From assembly GCF_000023965.1 (NCBI RefSeq), contig NC_013202.1, forward strand, positions 1,170,001 through 1,202,000: 32,000 nucleotides of DNA, given 5' to 3'. This DNA comes from Halomicrobium mukohataei DSM 12286. GTDB lineage: Archaea > Halobacteriota > Halobacteria > Halobacteriales > Haloarculaceae. Of this stretch, positions 25,685 to 32,000 are shown piece by piece. Every line of letters begins with the position of its first letter. Positions within the stretch are counted from its first letter, which is position 1. The notes under the pieces were generated by a model, which saw only the letters and a list, made by a program, of their open reading frames with translations, was not told the origin of the DNA and made no database searches. The position numbers and the translations under genes were made by a program.

Positions 25685-26317
25685 TCACAGCATCGCGGTG
25701 AGGATCGCGAACAGGTCCGTCTCGGCGTCCTCGTACTGCACCGGCACGAAGCCGGCCTCGCGGGCGGCCACCACGTCCGACTCGTGGCTGTCGCCGACCA
25801 TCACGTACTCCTCGGCGTCGACACGCTCGCGGACGGCGTCGTAGGGGTCGCCGTCGGTCTTGTGCCCGCCCACGTCGTAGGAGATCACCGTCTCGTCGAA
25901 GTCTGCGAGGTCGTGGCGGTCGATCTTCGCGCGCTGCCACTCGCCGACGCCGTCGCTACAGACCACGAGCGTCGTCGCCTCGTCCGCGCCCAGTTCCGAG
26001 AGGCAGTCCCGCGCGGCCGACGACACGCCGGTCGCCGCGAGCTCCTCGTCTCGCAGCGCCGCCACGAGCGCGTCGACGTTCACGTCGTCGGTGTCGATCT
26101 CGGCCTCCGCCAGCGCGGCCCGCATCCCCGCGTGGTACGGCTCCGGCTCACACTCCTCGAACGTATCGAAGAAACCGGTCTCGTAGGCCTCGACCATCTC
26201 CTCGGTCGCGGTCCCGATCTCGCGTTCGAAGGCCGTCGTCAGTATCTCGTCGAACGAACGATCGTACTGGACCAGCGTCCCGTCGAGGTCGAAACAGATC
26301 GCCGTCGTGGTGGTCAT
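25685..26317 (-). CDS. HAD superfamily hydrolase
   Basis: MTTTTAICFDLDGTLV (DxDGT motif I) and a C-terminal MVGDSHESDV (motif IV). The start overlaps the upstream stop (ATGA). Confidence 0.85.
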   Translation of the reverse strand: MTTTTAICFDLDGTLVQYDRSFDEILTTAFEREIGTATEEMVEAYETGFFDTFEECEPEPYHAGMRAALAEAEIDTDDVNVDALVAALRDEELAATGVSSAARDCLSELGADEATTLVVCSDGVGEWQRAKIDRHDLADFDETVISYDVGGHKTDGDPYDAVRERVDAEEYVMVGDSHESDVVAAREAGFVPVQYEDAETDLFAILTAML

Positions 26318-26730
26318 TCGGTGTCGATGGGTGCGCCGTCCTCGGTCGGCGGTGCGATGGCGTCGATGAAGGCCTCGGCCGACGGCTCGGTCACGCGCAC
26401 CTGGACGTGGATGTCCCCGAGCTCTGCGGGCCCGCCCACCGAGAAGTTGATCCGCCCCTCGAAGGCCGCCTGCTTGTTCAACTCGAATGTGAACGTGTCG
26501 TCGTCGAGCGTGTCGAAGAAGACGCCCCGGGCCGTGTCGAGGATCTCCTCGCGGTGGAGCAGCTCCGAGACGTGGCTCATGTCGTGACACTCCGCGACGA
26601 TCTGGTCGCCCTCGTAGCTGGGATCGGCCGTCGGGAAGATGTTCGTGACGGCGTCGGCGACCCGATCCGTCACCTCGGTGTCGTGGACCGGCGCAGTTAC
26701 CCGCACGTCGACGCTGTAAACCGCGCTCAT
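26314..26730 (-). CDS. UPF0201/DUF54-like putative RNA-binding protein
   Basis: 138 aa (VRVTAPVHDTEV...FTFELNKQAAFEGRINFSV...). Its size and pairing with a UPF0200-type P-loop protein match the conserved archaeal gene pair. Confidence 0.65.
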   Translation of the reverse strand: MSAVYSVDVRVTAPVHDTEVTDRVADAVTNIFPTADPSYEGDQIVAECHDMSHVSELLHREEILDTARGVFFDTLDDDTFTFELNKQAAFEGRINFSVGGPAELGDIHVQVRVTEPSAEAFIDAIAPPTEDGAPIDTE

Positions 26731-27317
26731 GCGTCCCCCTCCGCGGCGTCGTACTGGCTCCGGTAGGCGTCGATGCCGTCGGCCAGCAGCGTCCGCACCT
26801 TCGACTGGAACGCCTCCAGACTGTCGGTGTTGTCGATGTGTACGTCGGCCCGTTCCATGGCCGCGTCCATTCCGAAGCCTCGCTCGCGTTCGTCGCGCTC
26901 TTCGAGGGATTCACCGCCGTCGTCGCGATCGCCGTCTCGGCCCCGTTCTGCCAGCCGCGCTTCCCGGACCTCGAACGGTGCCTCGATGCTGACCAGCGAG
27001 AACGACGCCCCGAACGCCTCCTCGAAGGCGTCGACCTCCACGTCCGACCGGACGCCGTCGACCAGCACCGCGTCGCTCGACGCGAGCTCGTCTTCGATCA
27101 GCGGGAGCGACCGCTCGGCGATGGCCGCCGGCCCGTTCTCTTCGCGAAGCGCCGTCGCCACGCGGCCGTGCTCGGTCGCCGGATCCAGCCCGCGGTCCCG
27201 ACACTCCGCACGGATCACGTCTCCCATCGTCACGACCGGCACGTCCAGCTCGCGGGCGACGTTGGCGGCCTCGCCCTTGCCGCTGCCCGGTAGCCCGACC
27301 GTCGCGAGTACTCTCAT
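26727..27317 (-). CDS. UPF0200-type P-loop NTPase / nucleotide kinase-like protein
   Basis: Start at MRVLATVGLPGSGKGEA (Walker A). Adenylate/dephospho-CoA kinase-like fold and an acidic C-terminus. ATGA overlap with the downstream gene. Confidence 0.7.
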   Translation of the reverse strand: MRVLATVGLPGSGKGEAANVARELDVPVVTMGDVIRAECRDRGLDPATEHGRVATALREENGPAAIAERSLPLIEDELASSDAVLVDGVRSDVEVDAFEEAFGASFSLVSIEAPFEVREARLAERGRDGDRDDGGESLEERDERERGFGMDAAMERADVHIDNTDSLEAFQSKVRTLLADGIDAYRSQYDAAEGDA

Positions 27318-27369
27318 GGTGCTGGGATAGTCGCAGCCGTCGCTTAAGCACTGTGCTCCACCCGCGACA

Positions 27370-27450
27370 GCAAGCATATACCTGCCCGCGATCTACCGCA
27401 GACTATGGCTCAACGCTCTCTGGTCGTCTGTGCTCTCTGGTTCGTCTTCG
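27370..27450. repeat. Direct repeat copy A: orphan copy of the yccF-like promoter plus the first 46 nt of its CDS
   Basis: Aligns with 27574..27654 at an offset of 204. It includes the TATA-like catata (27375-27380) and an ATG at 27405, which opens a 39-codon decoy ORF (MAQRSLVVCALWFVFDDRFPRR...*, stop at 27522-27524). Confidence 0.9.
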
Positions 27451-27573
27451 ACGACCGTTTTCCGCGTCGGGTCTCCTCGCTCGCTCCGCTCGCTGCGGGG
27501 ACCCTCGCGCAAAACCGTCGATGAAAAAGGCAGCCACTCACTCCGTTCGTGGCTGATGCTGCTCTCCTCGCCC
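27451..27573 (-). repeat. Structured intergenic repeat element, copy 3 (minus orientation, short form)
   Basis: Read as the reverse complement:
- GAGCAGCATCA.
- Hairpin gccac-GAACGGAGTGA-gtggc (27533-27553), followed by CTTTTTC.
- Hairpin module GTTTTGCGCGAGGGTC...GACCCGACGCGGAAAAC (27458-27514).
It lacks the central palindrome block of copies 1 and 2. Confidence 0.8.
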
Positions 27574-27654
27574 GCAAGCATATACCTGCCCGCGATCTAT
27601 CGCCCGACATGGCTCAACGCTCGCTGGTCGTCCGTGCTCTCTGGTTCGTCTTCG
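27574..27654. repeat. Direct repeat copy B: functional promoter and 5' end of the yccF-like gene
   Basis: Differs from copy A at only 2 positions within the 46 coding nt (one synonymous, one Cys/Arg). Several more changes lie in the about 15 nt before the ATG. Confidence 0.9.
27579..27584 (+). promoter_or_regulatory. TATA-like box for a probably leaderless yccF-like transcript
   Basis: catata is centred about 27 nt upstream of the ATG at 27609, the spacing expected for haloarchaeal leaderless mRNAs. An identical box lies upstream of the decoy ATG at 27405. Confidence 0.35.
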
Positions 27655-27986
27655 TCGGCTGGTGGCTCACGCCGATTCTGGTCAACGTCGCGTGGCTGTT
27701 GAACGTTACCGTGATCTTGCTTCCGTTCGGGATCAAGCTCATCAACCTCGTCCCGACGGCGCTGACGCTGGCCGAACCCCGATCGCTGGCCGAGGGAACC
27801 GGCGCGTCACAGCCGTCGCTCGTGGTGCGGGCGATCTACTTCGTGCTCGTGGGCTGGTGGCTCTCGTGGCTGTGGGCCAACGTCGCCGCCGCGCTGTCGA
27901 TGACGATCGTCGGCATTCCGATCGCGATCTGGCTGTTCAACCGGCTTCCGTACGTCACGTCGCTGTACCGATTCCACGGGCGATAG
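27609..27986 (+). CDS. YccF-like (DUF307) inner membrane protein
   Basis: Two internal repeats of the YccF motif (RALWFVFVGWWL... and RAIYFVLVGWWLSWLW...GIPIAIW). Confidence 0.8.
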   Translation: MAQRSLVVRALWFVFVGWWLTPILVNVAWLLNVTVILLPFGIKLINLVPTALTLAEPRSLAEGTGASQPSLVVRAIYFVLVGWWLSWLWANVAAALSMTIVGIPIAIWLFNRLPYVTSLYRFHGR

Positions 27987-28832
27987 CTACCGCTCGCGGA
28001 CGACGACGAACTCCGCCAGATCCTGCAGGTACTCCGTCGCCTGGCTGTCGTCGGTGTCGACGGTCGCGAGCGCTTCGAGCGCGGCGTCGGACTCCGCGCG
28101 AGCCCGTTCGTTGGCCTCCGCTGGCGTGAGATCGGTCACCTCGACGAACGAGGGGCGGTCCATCTCGGCGTCCTGGCCGGCGGGCTTGCCCAGTTTCTCC
28201 GCGTCGGCCGTCGCGTCGAGCACGTCGTCGCGCATCTGGAAGGCGACGCCGACCCGCTCGGCGTACTGGCCGAAGGCTTCGACCGTGTAGGCGTCGGCGT
28301 CGGCCGCGATCGCGCCCAGCTCCGCCGCCGCCCGGAACAGCGCGCCGGTCTTCCGGCGGGCCAGCTCGATGTACTCGGTCTCGTTGGTCGGTTGGCTGAC
28401 GAGCTCGGTCGCTTCGCCCTCGCCGAGTTCGACCATCGACTCGGTCACGGCCTGCATGGCTCGCTCGTCGCTGGAAAAGAGTGCGAACGCTTCGCCGAGC
28501 AGCCCGTCGGAGGCGATGATGGCTGGCCCGTGGCCGAAGGCCGCCCACGCCGAGGGCGTCCCGCGACGCACGTCGGACTCGTCGATGATGTCGTCGATCA
28601 CCAGCGAGGCGTTGTGGACCAGTTCGATCCCGACCGCGAACTCCACCGCGTCGGCGGGCTCTCCGCCCAGCGCCTCACAGACCAGCACCGTCACTGTCGG
28701 CCGAACGCGCTTCCCTCCGGCCAGGGCCACGTGGCGGACTTCGTCGGCGAGTTCGTCGGGTTCGACCCCGTCGAGGACGGCCTCCAGCCGTTCCTCGACG
28801 CGGTCCCGACGCCGCTGTAAGTACTCCATCAT
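27987..28832 (-). CDS. idsA: Polyprenyl diphosphate synthase (geranylgeranyl diphosphate synthase type)
   Basis: First aspartate-rich motif LVIDDIID and second motif MRDDVLD. KRVRP near the N-terminus. The symbol is tentative. Confidence 0.85.
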   Translation of the reverse strand: MMEYLQRRRDRVEERLEAVLDGVEPDELADEVRHVALAGGKRVRPTVTVLVCEALGGEPADAVEFAVGIELVHNASLVIDDIIDESDVRRGTPSAWAAFGHGPAIIASDGLLGEAFALFSSDERAMQAVTESMVELGEGEATELVSQPTNETEYIELARRKTGALFRAAAELGAIAADADAYTVEAFGQYAERVGVAFQMRDDVLDATADAEKLGKPAGQDAEMDRPSFVEVTDLTPAEANERARAESDAALEALATVDTDDSQATEYLQDLAEFVVVRER

Positions 28833-29059
28833 CGGTCTTTAGGACTACCCCAAAAAGTACCTACTCATCCGTCTGCTTCTGGCCTCGTCTCTGTGCCGGC
28901 TTCTGCGGGCCTCGACACCGGAGCCCTCTTGTACCCGCGGCACTGACGAGCACACGACGGCACGGTCGGCCAGCGATCTTTCGGCCCGCGTGGTTTCCAC
29001 GCGTGGTTCTCGCTGGCTTTCCTACCCCGTCTCTCGAACACCGACGAGCGACGGCGTTC

Positions 29060-30010
29060 TCACTCGAACTGCTCTATCAGCGCCGGTACCACGTCGAAGA
29101 GGTCGTCGACGATCCCGTAGTCGGCGATGTCGAAGATCGGCGCGTTGGGGTCGTCGTTGATCGCGACGATCGTGTCTGCGCCTTTCATCCCGGCGACGTG
29201 CTGTACCGCGCCGGAGATGCCGATGGCGATGTACACGTCCGGCGTGACGACCTTGCCAGACTGGCCGACCTGCCTGTTTTTGGGCAGCCAGCCGTTGTCG
29301 ACGATCGGGCGGGACGCCGACAGCGTCGCGTCGAGTGTGTCGGCCAGGTCGCGGATCAGATCGAGGTTCTCCTCCTCCTCGATCCCGCGACCGATCGAGA
29401 CGAGCACGTCGGCTTCCGAGATGTCGACGTCGCCGCCGCCGACCTCCTGGAAGCCGGTGACCGTCGATCGAATCGCCGATTCGTCGATCGTCGCCTCGAA
29501 GGGCTCGACCGTGGCGTCGCCGTTGCCCTCGGCCGCGGGCCACTCGGCGGGTCTGATCGTGACTGCGGTGCTGTCGGCGTGACTGTCGATCGTGGTCTCG
29601 ACCTTCGAACCGTACAGCTCTCGGGTGGCGGTCAGTCCGTCGTCGTAGGCGAGATCGACGGCGTCGGTGATCAGCGGTAGGCCGACCCGGTTCGCGACGG
29701 CCGGCGCGTAGTCGAGCCCGTTGACGCTCTGGGGCATGAGCAGTACCGTGGGATCGACCTCTTCGGCCAGTTGCGTGACCGCTTGCGTGTACACGTCGTG
29801 GTTGAACTCCTCGCCGTGGGCGACCGTGTGGATCACGTCGACGCCGTCGCGGTCGAGCCGATCGGCGTACTCCTCGACCGAGCCGCTGACGACGGCCACG
29901 TGGAGGTCCCCGTCGGTCGCGTCTGCCAGCTCGCGGCCGGCGGTCACGAGTTCGTGGCTCACGTCTCGCAACTCGCCGCGGCGGTGTTCGGCGACGGCCA
30001 GGACCGTCAT
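29060..30010 (-). CDS. etfA: Electron transfer flavoprotein alpha subunit
   Basis: 316 aa. C-terminal FAD-binding signature (PDVYIAIGISGAVQHVAGMKGADTIVAINDDPNAPIF). ATGA overlap with etfB. Confidence 0.9.
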   Translation of the reverse strand: MTVLAVAEHRRGELRDVSHELVTAGRELADATDGDLHVAVVSGSVEEYADRLDRDGVDVIHTVAHGEEFNHDVYTQAVTQLAEEVDPTVLLMPQSVNGLDYAPAVANRVGLPLITDAVDLAYDDGLTATRELYGSKVETTIDSHADSTAVTIRPAEWPAAEGNGDATVEPFEATIDESAIRSTVTGFQEVGGGDVDISEADVLVSIGRGIEEEENLDLIRDLADTLDATLSASRPIVDNGWLPKNRQVGQSGKVVTPDVYIAIGISGAVQHVAGMKGADTIVAINDDPNAPIFDIADYGIVDDLFDVVPALIEQFE

Positions 30011-30798
30011 TGGCCCACCCCCCGTTCGGCGAGCAGGCCAGCCAGCTCACCGGCCGTCTCCTCTGGCGTGCCTTCGTACAGCGTCGCGTCACCCTCGGAT
30101 TCTGGCTCGTACAGGGCGGTCTGTTCGATCGGGCTGTCCAGCGCCGTCGCGTCGAGCCCGATATCGTCGAGCGTCTTCTCGGCCAGCTCCTTGCTCTGGG
30201 CCTGTCGAATCCCGCGGAGGCTGGCGTAGCGGGGGTCGTTGATCCCGGTCTGGATCGTCAACACGGCGGGCAGCTCCACGTCGGTCAGCTCTTCGACGCC
30301 GCCTTCGAGTTCGCGGTGGACGTGTGCGACGCCCGCTTGGGCGTCGAGATCGAGCGCGTTGACGACGGCCGCCCACTCGGTCCCGAGCTGGTCGGCAAGC
30401 GTCACGCCGGTCGCGCCGAGGCTGTCGTCGGCCGACTGGACGCCCGTGAGTATCAGGTCGGGGTCTTCCTGTTCGGCAACGGCCGCAAGCAGGCGCGCTT
30501 TCGTCGCGGGATCGAGCATCGCGTCGTCGTCGAGGGCGTCGTCCCAGACACGAATCGCGCGATCGGCACCCTTCGCCAGTGCCTGTCGGATCGTCTCCTC
30601 GGCGTCACTGGGGCCGATCGTCACCGTCACGACCTCGACGTCGTCGAGGGATTCGGAGAGCTGGACGGCTTCCTCGACGGCGTACTCGTCCCACTCGTTG
30701 AGGTCGGCCGTGACGTACCGATCGTCGATGTCGAGTCCGTCGATCTCGAACTCGTCGTCGACTGCGGTCACCTCCTTTACCGTGACAAGGACTTTCAT
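30007..30798 (-). CDS. etfB: Electron transfer flavoprotein beta subunit
   Basis: Start at MKVLVTVKEV (30798). Typical ETF-beta features (NEWDEYAVEEA, DLILTGVQSAD, RYASLRGI). Confidence 0.9.
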   Translation of the reverse strand: MKVLVTVKEVTAVDDEFEIDGLDIDDRYVTADLNEWDEYAVEEAVQLSESLDDVEVVTVTIGPSDAEETIRQALAKGADRAIRVWDDALDDDAMLDPATKARLLAAVAEQEDPDLILTGVQSADDSLGATGVTLADQLGTEWAAVVNALDLDAQAGVAHVHRELEGGVEELTDVELPAVLTIQTGINDPRYASLRGIRQAQSKELAEKTLDDIGLDATALDSPIEQTALYEPESEGDATLYEGTPEETAGELAGLLAERGVGQ

Positions 30799-30913
30799 AC
30801 CACGCAGTGGGGCCGGCCGCCCGATAAACGTTTCCGAACCACTGGCCACGCGACGAGAGTTTTTTCGGAGGGCCGGCACTCCCCGCGGTGTTCTCCTGGG
30901 GTTCGCGACGGTC

Positions 30914-32000
30914 TCAGTTCTCGATGTCCGTGACGTCCTCGTCCGGGAACGAAATCAGGTTCTCGCGTCCGATCCTGAGCTTGTCGATCTGGCCGTCCTC
31001 TTCCATCGAAGAGAGCAGCTGTGAGACTTTCGCGTTCGACCAGCCGGTCTCTTTGACGATGTTCGCCTGCTTCATTCGTCCGCCGTTGCGCTCCAGCAGC
31101 AGTTCGACGCGTTCCTCGTCGCTGAGCAGCTCTTCGTCGATTTCCTGGTCGGGCGCTTCGTCGGTCTCTGCCGGGGCCGCCGTCGGCACGGTCGCAGGCG
31201 GCTCGTCCCCGTCGTCCTCGGACTCGGTCGCGAGGGGACCGGCGTCGAACGCGTCGCGGTCGATGACGCTGTCGTCCCGAAGCAACAGCACGTAGACGCC
31301 GGAGGCGGCGACCACGGCACCCAACAGGGCGAGCCCGCCCCAGAGCAGCGACGACCCGCCGTCGGGGTCCCCATCGGGGCCTCCACCGGGGGACGACGGC
31401 GAGTTAGAGGGTCCCTCCGCTCCGGGAGTGTAGGCGAGTTCGAGTTCGGACTCCGTGAACGTCGTCGGACCCTCCCAGACGATCTGGCCGTCCCGCACCT
31501 GTTTCGGGACTGTCCGGATCCCGGCTCCCGGCGGCAACTCGAGGACGAGCGTCTGGTCCGCTTCCAGGCCGGTCAGCCAGGGATCCGTGGTGTTGTACAC
31601 GTCGTCGACGTACCGGGTCTCACCCTCCGAGCGCGCGAAGTTGGTCCAGGTAAAGGACAGCGTCAGCGTCCCGTTGGTGAGATTGCTGCTTCGTCGTACG
31701 TCGCGCAGTTCCATCGGGCGGCCGGTCGCTTCGCTCGCGGCCGCGTTCGCCCGCCGGAACGCCGACAGCCCGAGCGTGTCCGCTTCGCCCTCGGTGAACC
31801 GCTCTGCCGTCGTTTTGAAACTGTTTCGCTCCTGCTCGTTCGCGACGTCGAAGCCACTGGCGGTGACAGAAAACGTGGCGTTACCGTCAGACCGAAGCTG
31901 TATCAGGATCGTCGTGTGGCTGGCGGTCGACGACGCTGTCGGCGGGGGCGTTTGCTGGGCGTCGACACCGCCGACCACGCCACTGGTGGCCGCAACTGGT
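30914..32000 (-). CDS. Membrane-spanning protein with a C-terminal winged-helix DNA-binding domain (5' end outside the window)
   Basis: Extracellular-like N-terminal region, one TM helix (LLWGGLALLGAVVAASGVYVLLL), an acidic linker, then a wHTH (ERVELLLERNGGRMKQANIVKETGWSNAKVSQLLSSMEEDGQIDKLRIGRENLI). The reading frame stays open to position 32000. Confidence 0.65.
   Translation of the reverse strand, partial: PVAATSGVVGGVDAQQTPPPTASSTASHTTILIQLRSDGNATFSVTASGFDVANEQERNSFKTTAERFTEGEADTLGLSAFRRANAAASEATGRPMELRDVRRSSNLTNGTLTLSFTWTNFARSEGETRYVDDVYNTTDPWLTGLEADQTLVLELPPGAGIRTVPKQVRDGQIVWEGPTTFTESELELAYTPGAEGPSNSPSSPGGGPDGDPDGGSSLLWGGLALLGAVVAASGVYVLLLRDDSVIDRDAFDAGPLATESEDDGDEPPATVPTAAPAETDEAPDQEIDEELLSDEERVELLLERNGGRMKQANIVKETGWSNAKVSQLLSSMEEDGQIDKLRIGRENLISFPDEDVTDIEN

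Noticed and set aside
28988-29004. Perfect hairpin cgcgtgg-ttt-ccacgcg downstream of etfA as a terminator.
   Set aside because: No T-run follows on the transcribed (minus) strand, and isolated 7-bp GC stems are common in this composition. There is not enough support to call a terminator or ncRNA.

Overview
High-GC window (about two-thirds G+C by eye) encoding acidic proteins. The gene order is typical of a haloarchaeon (class Halobacteria). Most of it is ordinary chromosomal core:
- The conserved cluster rpl39e-rpl31e-eif6-rplX-pfdA-ftsY on the minus strand.
- Fe-S cluster genes sufS and, about 9 kb away, a SufU-type scaffold.
- A divergent RFC small subunit, a PitA-like chlorite-dismutase/ABM fusion, a polyprenyl synthase and etfBA.
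- Transporters (ZIP, a split MgtE-like pair, a Gate-domain protein), a secreted SNase-LTD nuclease lipoprotein, a membrane Moco oxidoreductase, and several conserved hypotheticals.

One accessory patch (about 18.08-20.76 kb) holds a 1.0-kb IS1595-family element with a frameshifted transposase. Next to it are a mosaic of degraded IS1595 copies and a roughly 430-bp AT-rich island.

The most unusual signal is a family of short (about 120-185 bp) hairpin-rich intergenic elements, present at four loci.
- At three loci the element sits exactly at a gene terminus (sufS 3' end, pitA-like 3' end, yccF-like promoter plus 5' end).
- Each of these is bracketed by a long direct duplication of that terminus: 69 bp perfect, 51 bp diverged almost only at synonymous sites, and 81 bp.
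- The polarity is the same each time: the relic copy always abuts the AAAAAGG-type end of the element.
- At the fourth locus the element core forms an 81-bp tandem array upstream of the RFC gene.

I know of no described mechanism that produces such long, gene-preserving duplications. No tRNA, rRNA or CRISPR array was recognised.
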